The notes under the pieces are model-generated. The model ran no database searches and had not been told where the DNA came from. It worked only from the letters and a program-made list of their open reading frames with translations. Shown here piece by piece: positions 44,735 through 58,705 of a stretch of DNA of 64,000 nt (positions are counted from its first letter, which is position 1; each line of letters opens with the position of its first letter). Source of the DNA: Eledone cirrhosa (lineage: Eukaryota); NCBI GenBank assembly GCA_964016885.1, contig OZ024741.1:349804001-349868000 (forward strand), given 5' to 3'. Made by a program: the position numbers and the translations under genes.

Positions 44735-44775
<41 letters not shown>

Positions 44776-45348
44776 TAGAAGAAACAAGGGGCCGTGTGGT
44801 TACTTGATGAAGTGTATTTAAAAATAAAAGGAAAGCACAAACAAGGGATAGGTCCTCTCTTAAAATGCGTTAAAATGTCGGAGAGTTTCAGCAGACAACT
44901 GAAGAGGGGAACTGTCCCTTGTTTGTGCTTTCCTTTTATTTCTAAATATATATATATACATATATATATATAATTGAATATAAAAGAAAGATAAACACAG
45001 ACATATACATATATGTGTTCAAATCGTAAGGGACCAGGTTCCTAAGGTGAAAAAAATACTAACTATAGACTCAATTTAAGAATGAATTTGCCAGACTCAA
45101 TTTAAGAATAAATCAAGAAAATAAATACAAACCCGAATTGTGGTAACTACCAATCACCCATACAGCGTTTGGCTATGCTGTTTCACAAATTAATTGTGTG
45201 GAGGATTACTAATTGTCTATAGTTAGTATTTTTTTCACCTTAGCGAATCTGGTCCCTTACGATTTGAACACATATATGTATATGTCTGTGTTTATCTCTC
45301 TTTTATATTCAATTATGATATACGGCTCGGAAAAATCTCTTTCCTAGA

Positions 45349-45889
<541 letters not shown>

Positions 45890-46165
45890 GTCAGCCCTTG
45901 TGGATAATAAATGAAATAATAATAATAATGATAATAATAAATGTGAAAACTAGAATCGAAAGAGGGCTCCATAAGGATAAATATATATCAAATACATAAG
46001 AACCCTAGAGCAAATATTTATTAAAATAACAAATTAAAGCTTAAGCAAAGAGTCGCTGCTTTCACTCTTAATGGGATCTTCTGAAACTCAGAAGATCCCG
46101 TTAAGGGTGAAAGCAGCGATTCTTTGCTTAAATTTTAATCTGTTATTTTAATAAATATATATATG

Positions 46166-46257
<92 letters not shown>

Positions 46258-46411
46258 ATAAGGAGTTGACGGACGGATCCAGCATATCTATCAATGCCAG
46301 GACCGGTTGTATCTCAACGTACTCAATAGGCAATGTAAGATACAATCCCAGAGTATACACATAGTTATTCGCTCCAATACAACACACGTAAAACGGGTGC
46401 CTATAATAGTT

Positions 46412-46522
46412 CCCGGACTCGAGTTTCGGCCACACTTACTGCAGCAGTAAGGTGCACTGCACCCTCCGTCTGCATATATTATACAACAATGTATAATCGG
46501 CGTATGCGGCTTCATCAGCGGG
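46412..46522 (-). ncRNA. Type I hammerhead ribozyme with ~80-nt stem II domain
   Basis: CCCG-CUGAUGA-AGCCGCAU...GUGUGGCC-GAAA-CUCGAG-UC-CGGG. Confidence 0.8.
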
Positions 46523-46837
46523 TATCACCTAATCAATAAACAATCGATCGACAGAATCCAAACCCCAGCTAATGCTGGCTATGACTGTTTGTGACATCCG
46601 ACACGGTAAAGCGATTAGCAACTGGAATCCGATACACTGTCCCTCGACCAGCCACCGATTTACAAACTTTACGTGGTGGCGGGAGAATAGAAAACAAATC
46701 TTTTCGTTCCCGTCAAAAGCACCCAGCCAACGTGTCTCACACTCAAATTAATAAGAAGTGAAAAGATGGTTATTAGAAATAACAGTCCCACATCGATGTA
46801 TAATAGAATGGTAGCATTCGGCTCATGTCTCCAAGTC

Positions 46838-46871
<34 letters not shown>

Positions 46872-47378
46872 ATAAACATACGCACACGCAATCATAAAAA
46901 AAACATATTTGCACGTGCACAAAAAGAAAAAAGCTAATCCGACTTTTTTTTTCCCCGTATTAGGGTTAGTGTTAGGTTTAGGTTTAGTTTTACAGTTAGG
47001 TTTTGGGTTAGGGTTAAGGTTTCCGTTTTCCGAGAAAAAGTCGATAGCACGCATCTAAGAAACCCAGAAAAACAACAAGGAAAGGTAATTATTTCCGTCT
47101 AAACATGAGAGGTGTGTAGATTTGGGAAACTTCAATGGTCTTTTTGCACCCTTTCACCCTACTTTTTTTTACAAATCTAGTCGTTTCCGACTGGTTTGAA
47201 TGTCCTTCTCGTTGATAACACGCGAAAAAATAAATGATCGTAGGGAAAACTCCGAAGAGGGAGGGTTATCTAACGTAAGGGGACCCACCCAATCCCTTTC
47301 GTTGTCCGAGAAAAAGTCGATTGTCAGAATCTTGGAAATTAGATTAGTCGAGCACACACAAACATTTCTATACATTTA

Positions 47379-47429
<51 letters not shown>

Positions 47430-47623
47430 GTAATTATAACAGAATCAGTAGAGGAGCTAGAGAATAAACAGCAGTTGGAATCAAGAAAACAGAGAGAATG
47501 AAGAGATGCTGTGCTGAAAAGGAGCCCTCCCACCCTTGCAAGCAAGGAAAAGCGGACGTAAAATGATGTTGATGAAGTGGTGATGATGGTGGTAAAGAAG
47601 CCGAAACCATTGTAGTGTTTGAA

Positions 47624-48525
47624 ACTGAGACCGGTGAACCAAGAATGGTGAACCGAGAATGGTGAACCGAGAATGGTGAACCGAGAATGGTGAACCAAGA
47701 ATGGTGAACCGAGAATGGTGAACCAAGAATGGTGAACCAAGAATGGTGAACCAAGAATGGTGAACCGAGAATGGTGAACCGAGAATGGTGAACCAAGAAT
47801 GGTGAACCGAGAATGGTGAACCGAGAATGGTGAACCAAGAATGGTGAACCGAGAATGGTGAACCGAGAATGGTGAACCAAGAATGGTGAACCAAGAATGG
47901 TGAACCGAGAATGGTGAACCAAGAATGGTGAACCGAGAATGGTGAACCGAGAATGGTGAACCGAGACCGGTGAACCGAGAATGGTGAACCAAGAATGGTG
48001 AACCGAGAATGGTGAACCGAGACCGGTGAACCGAGAATGGTGAACCAAGAATGGTGAACCGAGAATGGTGAACCAAGAATGGTGAACCAAGAATGGTGAA
48101 CCGAGAATGGTGAACCAAGAATGGTGAACCGAGAATGGTGAACCGAGAATGGTGAACCGAGACCGGTGAACCGAGAATGGTGAACCAAGAATGGTGAACC
48201 GAGAATGGTGAACCGAGAATGGTGAACCGAGAATGGTGAACCGAGAATGGTGAACTGAGAATGGTGAACCGAGAATGGTGAACCGAGAATGGTGAACCGA
48301 GAATGGTGAACCAAGAATGGTGAACCGAGAATGGTGAACCGAGAATGGTGAACCGAGAATGGTGAACCGAGAATGGTGAACCAAGAATGGTGAACCGAGA
48401 ATGGTGAACCGAGAATGGTGAACCGAGAATGGTGAACCGAGAATGGTGAACCAAGAATGGTGAACCGAGAATGGTGAACCGAGAATGGTGAACCGAGAAT
48501 GGTGAACCGAGAATGGTGAACTGAG
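47624..48525. repeat. Minisatellite, 14-bp unit AACC(G/A)AGAATGGTG, ~64 copies
   Basis: Direct tandem repeat without spacers; variants aaccaag, aactgag, gagaccggtg. Confidence 0.97.
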
Positions 48526-48651
48526 ATCTAAATAGTGTAGTATTGATCTTAATTTTGCCTTTCATCCTTACGGGGTCGATAAAATAAAGTACCAGTAATA
48601 AATGGTAATTGCTGGCCTTGTGCCAAAAGTAGAAACAATTATTTGACTCCA

Positions 48652-48838
48652 GGGCGGTGGATTGGCAGTATCGGTAGAGAGTCGGACACCATGCTTCGAA
48701 GCATAGAGTTACGTCCCTTTATGATGTGAATTCAAATCCCGCCGAGGTTGACTTTGCCTTTCATCCTTACGGGGTCAATAAAATAAAGTACCAGTAATGT
48801 ACTGGGTAATTGCTGGCCTTGTGCCAAAAGTAGAAAAA
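48652..48838 (+). mobile_element. tRNA-derived SINE with Meta/MESC-like core, full copy
   Basis: A box TGGCAGTATCGG, B-box-like TTCAAATCC, core ctttgcctttcatccttacggggtc.ataaaataaagtaccag. Confidence 0.8.
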
Positions 48839-49113
48839 ATAATTTGACTCCATGTTCACGCCTCGACCCACACTAAATTTCCTCTACCTCGCCACAGACC
48901 CTATTTCCGCCATCGCCCTATCCTTTGCACTAATACAAACACCACACCCTACAGAGAGGAAACGCTTATATTAAATAGCCATAAGCAAAAAGCAAACAAA
49001 AATTTATGATGACTATAAAAAACAATCCAAATGAATATATTGTGTGTGTTTGTCTGTGTATGTATGTATAAATATATAATATATACAAAATATATATATA
49101 TGTAATTGAAATA

Positions 49114-49190
<77 letters not shown>

Positions 49191-49543
49191 TTACGTACAT
49201 GCATGCTAATGTGTGTATGTATATATGTATATGTAGGTGTAAGTGTGACATATGTTATTTACAGCAATCCACAAAATTGTCAATAGCAGTCTGTTCTGCT
49301 ATGCCATGTAGGTGTCTTTTACAACACGTATTCCTTAGTCTGTTTCCGGCAAAGTCTCCAGCAAGCGGATCTGATCCTTTTACATGACTAAACATGAGCT
49401 TGTCAAATCATATATTTCCTTGAGTTGTTTGAAAGTCGCTTAATAGATATATTATGTAGATGAACAAAGTAGCTGACGTCTCTCTGTCTGTGTGGCTGTT
49501 TTGTCCCTACCTGATCCATGTCAATGCCTGTTTCCCAGTGCAC

Positions 49544-49613
<70 letters not shown>

Positions 49614-49626
49614 CTCTCTCTCTCTA

Positions 49627-49675
<49 letters not shown>

Positions 49676-50265
49676 CACTACTACCGTAGCCGGACGGAAT
49701 AGAATTTTAAATATCGAAATTTATCGAGAAACTATGTTTTTCCAGCCTGTAGCTTTTAAGAGGTTTGCAGGAGCAGGGCCACTGACAACGGACTTCAATG
49801 TTTCCCAGTTTATTATTATACTTGTTCACGTGCGTACCACCACATATTTACACACTCAGCCTCCGGAATCCTCTCCCCCCTCCCCTCTGACCCCTCCTCA
49901 TCCACACACGCACACACACTCCGACCTACACCCCACCCCATACTCACCTCTTCCTGAACATGCAACCCCGTTCTTCCCCCAACTCTTACTTTCACATACA
50001 CACACACACACACACACGTACACCTACACACACACACCACCTTCAGCCCTCCCCGCTCGGACACCCCGCCTCCCTTTCCCCACTCCACCCGCCACCACCC
50101 CTACACGCCCCACACCCTTCCACCACCTGTTTTACTTCATGTTTATTTTTATTTTTATTATGCTTTTATATTTAATTTCATTTGTACCGTTTCCTCTCAC
50201 CCCTTTTTTCTATATGTCTCTCCACCACTCCCCTACACACCCTTGGAACTCTCTTCCCACACACT

Positions 50266-50343
50266 TTTCACCTGAAGAAGGGCTTATGCCCGAAACGTCG
50301 TTCCCCACCACCACCCCACTCTCAAGAGCGTGAAACTAATAAA
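50266..50343 (+). ncRNA. Hammerhead with 30-nt insertion in the stem I 3' strand; second copy at ~54938-55015
   Basis: UUUCAC-CUGAAGA-A-GGGC(UUAU)GCCC-GAAA-CG-UC-GU[30 nt]GAAA, then AATAAA. Confidence 0.7.
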
Positions 50344-50387
50344 CCTTTGTTCGTACTGCCTCTCTGTTTTGTTCCCGTTCAATTTTT

Positions 50388-50430
<43 letters not shown>

Positions 50431-50562
50431 GAGGTTATATTTAATTTGTTGGGGTTCAACAAGCTTTAAAATTTTATAACTGATATAAAGCACTCAACAA
50501 TTTAGTGGAGTAAATACACAATATATTAATAAATGGAAACTATATTTATAAAACCATATTTA

Positions 50563-50624
50563 TTCTATTATACATATTTCAAGGGCAACCAAGGCAAATT
50601 ATAGTGCGCTTTCATCAGATAAAA
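50563..50624 (-). ncRNA. Minimal type I hammerhead ribozyme, same family as 40943
   Basis: UUAU-CUGAUGA-AAGCGCA...UGCCCUU-GAAA-UAUGUA-UA-AUAG-AAUAAA; shares downstream tail with 40900-40945. Confidence 0.78.
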
Positions 50625-50705
50625 TACAGATTTGGTTTATAAATAAATATTGACATACCCGGAAAAAAAGACAACCTTAACGGATGGAGCTTCCTGGATA
50701 TTCTT

Positions 50706-51015
<310 letters not shown>

Positions 51016-51028
51016 TATATATATATAT

Positions 51029-53047
51029 AGGAACAAGTATGACCCCGACGGCATGGCTCAACCCGTTTCGACGGCTAATTCTTGACTAAATAAGAATTTT
51101 TAGCCTGGTAAATAAATAGCCGAACTTCTCAGGGGGTAATTCCTTATATGGGAAGATAGTAATTGTCAAAAGGATTGGTCAAAAATTTGTTGTAAAGACA
51201 GATGATGCTATCATGGCATTTGGTGGGAGGTAGGGGTAGCTGAACTTGCCGGTAGAACAAAGGGGGAGTGGGGGAAACCCAGTCAAGCGTTGAAAGTGAA
51301 ATCTATACAGCAGATTCTAAGGATAGTGTATAGAAGGTCGAAAGAAGTGTACTGGAGAAGGGGAGGGGGAGTTGAAAGAATAGGTAAATCGAAAGGGAGT
51401 AAACAAAAAAATCATTATAAAAATAAGGAAATAAATATATAAAAAAAATACAAAAAAAAACACAATTTCTGGTTACTGCTCCATTTCGTCAATCACCAAA
51501 TCTCTCACTGGTATTTCTAAGCTATAGGAAAGTTTAATGGGTGGAGAAAAATACTAAATACGAGATTGTAGTGAAAGAATTTTATAAAGCCGGCTTTACA
51601 GGGGGTCTAACACCATTGCTATAGTTAGTGGTAATCAGCCAATGCTATCTTACAATGACAGGTTAATAAGTTGAGAACAAAAATGTTAATATACTACTAC
51701 AAAAATACTAATACGAAATAATAATTTCGAATACTAATACATAAATATTAATACAAGAATACTAATACAAAAATACTAATACAAGAATACTAATACAAAA
51801 ATACCACTAAGAAATTTAGAAACCACAGAAATGGAGCAGCAACCAGAAAGAACACAATTTACTGGGGTCTAACACATCTGCTATAAAAAGCGTAATCGGC
51901 CAATTCAATCTTAAAATTAGGGGCGTGGGTAACTTTTTTTATCTTTTCCTCTATATTTCCTTCTTCCCCCCATCTCTTCCTAGTCCTTCCACCCCAGATC
52001 TCCTTCCTTGTCTCTTTTTTACACCTTTTCGCCTACCCCGATGCAGCCCATCGGTCCTCTGTAGCCTCAGTACCCCAACCCCCCTAATTTTAAGATAGAA
52101 TTGGCCGATTACGCTTTTTATAGCAGATGTGTTAGACCCCAGTAAATTGTGTTCTTTCTGGTTGCTGCTCCATTTCTGTGGTTTCTAAATTTCTTAGTGG
52201 TATTTTTGTATTAGTATTCTTGTATTAGTATTTCTGTATTAGTATTCTGAATTATTATTTCGTATTAGTATTTTTGTAGTAGTATTTTAGCATTTTTGTA
52301 GTAGTATTTTAGCATTTTTGTTCTCAACTTATTAACCTGTCATTGTAAGATAGCATTGGCTGATTACCACTAACTATAGCAGTGGTGTTAGACCCCCTGT
52401 AAAGCCGGCTTTATAAAATTCTTTCACTACAATTTCGTATTTAATATTTTTCTCCACCTATTAAACTTTCCTATAGCTTAGAAATACCAATGAGAGATTT
52501 GGTGATTGACGAAATGGAGCAGTAACCAGAAATTGTTTTTTTTGTTTTTTTTTATATATTTATTTCCTTATTTTTATAATGTTGGTTTTTTTGTTTACTC
52601 CCTTTCGATTTACCTATTCTTTCAACTCGCCCCTCCCCTTCACCAGTACACTTCTTTCGACTTCTATACACTATCCTTAGAATCTGCTGTATAGATTTCA
52701 CTTTCAACGCTTGACTGGGTTTCACCCACTCCTCTTTGTTCTACCGGCAAGTTCAGCTACCCCTACCTCCCACCAAATGCCATGATAGAATAATCTGTCT
52801 TTACAACAAATTTTTGACCAATCCTTTTGACAATTACTATCTTCCCATATAAGGAATTACCCCCTGAGAAGTTCGGCTATTTATTTACCAGGCTAAAAAT
52901 TCTTATTTAGTCCAGAATTAGCCGTCGAAACGGCTTGAGCTCTGCCGTCGGGGTCATACTTGTTCCTATTACCCACTCTACTACCCTAAGTATTGAGTAC
53001 TTTGGTGCGTTATAGTCCATCTGGTTCCTTACCAGATTTCCTTCGTT
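51029..53047 (+). mobile_element. Long fold-back insertion of family A: inverted arms 51029-51923 and 52081-52968, then ~80-nt unpaired tail, flanked by (TA)n
   Basis: Arms align as reverse complements over ~890 bp with scattered mismatches and indels. Tail ttacccactctactaccctaagtattgag...ccttcgt is shared with all short copies. Confidence 0.9.
52859..52954 (+). ncRNA. Type I hammerhead-like motif with variant core (family A); mirror copy 51042-51137 (-)
   Basis: ACCCC-CUGAGAA-stem II (CGGCUA...UAGCCG)-GAAA-CGGC(9 nt)GCCG-UC-GGGGU: stem I ACCCC/GGGGU, GUC triplet. Confidence 0.7.
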
Positions 53048-53060
53048 ATATATATATATA

Positions 53061-53123
<63 letters not shown>

Positions 53124-53527
53124 TATTATTAGCATTGGACGCCATGCTTTGCAGCATAGACTTACGGCCCTTTATGATCTGAGTTCAAATCCCGTCGAGG
53201 TTAACTTTGCCTTTCACCCTTAAGGGGTCGATAAAATAAAGTACCAGGCAGGCACTGAGGTCGATTTAATCGACTTTTCCCACCCACAAAATTGGCAGTA
53301 TCAGTAGAGAGTCGGACGCCATGCTTTGCAGCATAGAGTTACGGCCCTTTATAATATGAGTTCAAATTCCGCCGAGGTTAGCTTCGCCTTTCATCCTTAC
53401 GGGGTCGATAAAATAAAGTAACAGTAATGCACTGGGATAATTGCTGGCCTTGTGCCAAAAGTAGAAACAATTATTATTATATATGATATATATATGTGTG
53501 TGTGTATGTGTGTGTGAGTGTGTTATT

Positions 53528-53611
<84 letters not shown>

Positions 53612-55060
53612 TGTGGTTGTGTGTGTGATGTGTGTGTGTGTGTGCATATGCGTCTAGCGAACTACTAATGATATATCTGTGGATGTGTGTATATGCATAC
53701 AAAAACGTATACATATCTGCAACTCATAATTATATAGATACGCACTCACCCGCAAAACATATACGGCTTAGGGTTTACATTTACGCACAGACTCCCTCAT
53801 GCATACCATGCATGCCCTGATTTCTCTGGTTGTCCGCCCCCTTCTGGTTTCAGGTCATCCCGACAGCACTGCGCAGTCGCAAGGGTGTGGGTGGCTGACC
53901 ACTTAACCTACACCCAGAATACTACCAACCTTGTTTGTTCTCTCTATCTACCAGTCCCCTACCTCCTCAGCCAACAACTCGATATGGTCAGTGGGAGTTC
54001 AAGCCAGCCAAAATTTACTGCTAGCTTTGGCAACCGGTAGGATTTCGGTGCATGTGTACCCACTCCCCGCTAATGGCGGGATAATCACCCCTTCTGCTAT
54101 GGTTAATATAACTTATAGGAAATATTTAAAGTTTCACAACCCGAAAAACTTTCGAAATTTCAGACGTTAACAGTTAAAAGTTAGGAGTCCAAACAACTAG
54201 ACAACAGTCAATATGCTAAGAATGGATGACATGTAAAATTTAAAGTATCTAATGTAACGAATGTAAAAATTAAACGAATGTAAAAATTAAACACTCCTAC
54301 AGTTGGTATCCCGGTCAATTCGGTGGAGCCAAAAGATACATTGATGATATAAGGAAAAATGTAAGAAAATGTACAAGTAAGTAAGAACGGGTAAAAAAGG
54401 GGGATTATAAATAGAATAAAATGAAGGGGAAAAAATATGAATATAAGGTAGAAAAGACTTATAGAGAGAATGAAGGAGAGGAAATGCAGGAAACATAGAA
54501 GCAAAAAAAAATACAAGCAAAAATCCGTGATAAATGTCTGAGTGGGGGTGAGTTATAGAGAGTCAGTTATATTCACAGTGCTTCGGGTGTTTTGGTCCGT
54601 GCAGCTGGGTGAACCTCTCAGGCAGTCCGTGGCCATAAGAGTTGATGGAGATCTGTCTTCCATGGTGTTGTATGGAGAATAAGTGGTAGTTGTTGCTTTT
54701 TTTCTCTGTTCTTCCTTACTTGTACCTTTTCTATATATTTATACACACGCACACACACACACGTATATATATATATGCCCCACACCCTTCCACCACCTGT
54801 TTTATCCCATTTTAATTTTAATTTGACCATGCTTTTATTTTTAATTTCATTTACACCGTTTCCTCCCACCCACCCCTTTTGCTATATGTCTCTCCACCAC
54901 TCCCCTACACACCCTTTGAACTCTCTTCCCACACACTTTTCACCTGAAGAAGGGCTTATGCCCGAAACGTCGTTCCCCACCACCACCCCACTCTCAAGAG
55001 CGTGAAATTAATAAACATTCGTTGTACTGCCTCTGTGTCTTGTTCCTGTTCAAATTTTCC

Positions 55061-55112
<52 letters not shown>

Positions 55113-55271
55113 AAATTAAGATAAATTAAATGAATTTAATCTAAATCAAAATTATGGGTGTCATGCCAGAAAGACATGCGCCATATCACCCGGAAAATAA
55201 GCTCTAAGATTCTATTGTAAAAATTATCTCCTGTGATTATTCATGTTTATTATATGTTAATCAATTCTAGT

Positions 55272-55312
<41 letters not shown>

Positions 55313-55363
55313 ATTAATAAACGGAGAAAGCTATTAGCGATCTCCAACAAATATATATATATA

Positions 55364-55402
<39 letters not shown>

Positions 55403-55403
55403 A

Positions 55404-55472
<69 letters not shown>

Positions 55473-55565
55473 TGAATATTCGGAAAAATCTCTTTCCTAG
55501 AGCTATTTTATTGTAAGAGACTATTTTGAGTTTCTAACTCAATATATACCTTTGATATATAAATA

Positions 55566-55650
<85 letters not shown>

Positions 55651-56082
55651 TATTTGCCGTAGTGTTGTAATATAAATATTACACACAGTGGATGGACAGC
55701 TCACGTAGAGTTTGCTCGACGGTTCCAGTTATAGTTCCAAAAGTAATCCGGAGAAAAATAGAAGGATTTTAATGGATACAGTTTAGTTAAAAGGAATTTA
55801 TTGACACGTGTTTCTATAAGAGTTACATAACCTGAAAACAGCTGCTATCTACAAAGTATTAGTTATGCAGACATTCAATATTTCAATGTTATTATCAACT
55901 GTCATTTCATCGGAAATTTTACTGAGGACCTGTTTGGTTTTTATATATATATATATATATATATAGGTTTGTTGGTTCACCACTGGATAGAACTGCTCAT
56001 TCCGTGTGGTTGACCGACCAATAAATGTCTCTGATTTTCACCCCCATGGATTTTGTCTATTATATTCGTTTGTTATATTTTG

Positions 56083-56140
56083 ATACCTGATGATGTCACC
56101 GGATTCATACTGAACCCGGTCATTGAAATGATCATAGTAT
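56083..56140 (+). ncRNA. Minimal type I hammerhead ribozyme
   Basis: AUAC-CUGAUGA-stem II (ACCGG.UUCA/UGAA.CCGGU)-GAAA-UGAUCA-UA-GUAU, immediately followed by AATAAA. Confidence 0.88.
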
Positions 56141-56213
56141 AATAAACTTTTCAAGGAATTACACCAGTCCAGCCTCCTGTTATTTTATAATACACACAGA
56201 CACACACACACAA

Positions 56214-56302
<89 letters not shown>

Positions 56303-56436
56303 AACTAGCTGTTGAAACGGCAAGGGCTTAGCCGTCGTGGTGTACTGACTCATTCATATAACCCTACTCTACTACCCCAAGTATCGAGTACTTTAGTGAG
56401 CAATGATCTAACCAATTTCTTACCGAATCCATCTTG

Positions 56437-56629
<193 letters not shown>

Positions 56630-56662
56630 CATATATATATACATATATATACATATATATAA

Positions 56663-56711
<49 letters not shown>

Positions 56712-56712
56712 C

Positions 56713-56813
<101 letters not shown>

Positions 56814-58100
56814 CATACAGACTCTCCTTAGCCGTATTTTGAATACGGCCTTGTGTTAATGTGACTTTGTCGGAAAGTACAACGGTGCATATGAAGAACA
56901 TCAGAAAGGATGAGTTATGGTGGAATGTACTGTTTTCACTTATCTTTGGATGAACAATGATGGAGTGATCGGGACTTGTTTGTGGTGGTGGCGGTGGTGA
57001 TGGTGGTGGTGGTGGTGATGATGATGGTGATGGTGGTAGGAGATACCAGATGTGGTTGTTGTTGTTGTTGTTTTTGTTGTTGTTGTTGTTGTTGTTGTTG
57101 TGATGGTGGTGGTGGTGGTGGTGGTGGTGGTGGTGGTGGTGGTGGTGGTGTTGGTCGTCGTCGTCGTCGTTGTCGTCGTCGTGGTTGTGGTGGTGGTGGT
57201 GGTTTTGATGGTGGTAGTGCTTGTGGTTGTAATGATGGCGTTTGTGGTGGCGGTGATGGTTGTAGTGGTGATGGTTGTGGTGGTGGTTGAGATGGTAGTG
57301 AATACGGTGGTGGTGGTGGTGGTGGTGTTGTTGATGATGATGTTGGTGCTGGTGTTCTTATTGATGTTGATGTTGGTGTTGGTGTTGGTGGCGCTGATGG
57401 TGTATAAACAAGAGTGATGGAAATGCGGTTGTGGTTGTTATTGTTAGTGGGGTGTGTGGTGCTGGTGCTGGTGCTGGAGGTGTGAGCCTGCTGCTATTGG
57501 AAACGGTGTTGTTACATGGCTTACGGTGATATGGTAGTGGGGAGGAGGGTGGTAATGATGATATCAATTGGGATGTTGGAACTCGATGGAAGCCTATGTT
57601 AGTCGTCCTGTATAGGTACATTGGGTTTTTTTTTATTTAGAGGTGAACTCATTGTTGTTTATTATGTATAAGTCAACAGGTTAGAATTTACCTCGTTTAT
57701 TCGTTATACAATTGCTGTTACATTCAATGATAACTGTTATGCAATTCATACCAATAACCGACACACGAACATGCTATCCGCTATCTTTGCCTTTTCTACC
57801 TCTATTCCAGTGGGTCCTGTCCACCCCCACCTCCAGGAGCTGGCCAGTTTCGTGCAACCTTCACTCAAGTACTTTTGACTCATTAATTCCCCTCCTTACG
57901 TCACCCATATTATATCCTCTATCACCTCTAAGCCCTGTACTAACCAGTATATTTCTCTCCAGAAAGCTGGCTCTCTGGAATTCCTTCCACGAACGTCTTT
58001 CCTGCAAACGAAAAAAACAAAGCAAACAGCACACACACACATACACACACACACACACACAAATATATATATATATATTCCAAACCTGGGGGCACACAGC

Positions 58101-58132
<32 letters not shown>

Positions 58133-58134
58133 AA

Positions 58135-58226
<92 letters not shown>

Positions 58227-58229
<3 letters not shown>

Positions 58230-58417
58230 AAAAGAGTCAGGACCCCGACGGCTGAGCTCCGGCCGTTTCGACAGCTAGTTCGGATCTAGCTGCTGAAACG
58301 GCCGGAGCTCTGCCGTCGAGGTCCTGATTCATTTCCTATTACCCACTCTACTACACTAAGTATTGAGTACTCTGGTGCGTTATGGTCCAGCTGGTATCTT
58401 ACCACACCCTCTTTGTT
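58227..58417 (+). mobile_element. Family-A fold-back copy, tail-to-tail with the Tx1 element
   Basis: ~52-bp arms around ttcggat, plus tail; (TA)n on the left, (TAGA)n on the right. Confidence 0.88.
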
Positions 58418-58419
58418 AT

Positions 58420-58466
<47 letters not shown>

Positions 58467-58705
58467 TATTTCTTTATTAGCCACAGGGGCACAAAAGAAG
58501 GGGACAAATACAAAGGGGGAAGTTTACATACAATAAAAACGTGTAAAATGTTATCACAGATGGAATTTAAAAGTTAGTCGATTTTCCCCAATAGAGGGAG
58601 ACAGTTTATATGGGTAACACAGACCCCCGAAAAAAATGTGCAACCCTCATCTCCAGGAGTACGAAGAGCTTGTACTCCTTTCCTCTCCTCCTCCTTTTCC
58701 TCAAC

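Noticed and set aside
46960-47020. Telomeric TTAGGG array
   Set aside because: Short, degenerate and interstitial; probably part of a repeat element.
47624-48525. CRISPR-like array
   Set aside because: No unique spacers, 14-bp unit, eukaryotic context.
47339-48565. 408-aa ORF and overlapping ORFs
   Set aside because: Translation of the stop-free 14-bp tandem repeat, open in all three minus frames.
52355-52395. SECIS-like hairpin (UGA...AA...GA)
   Set aside because: Helix too short, and the paralogous motif lacks UGA.
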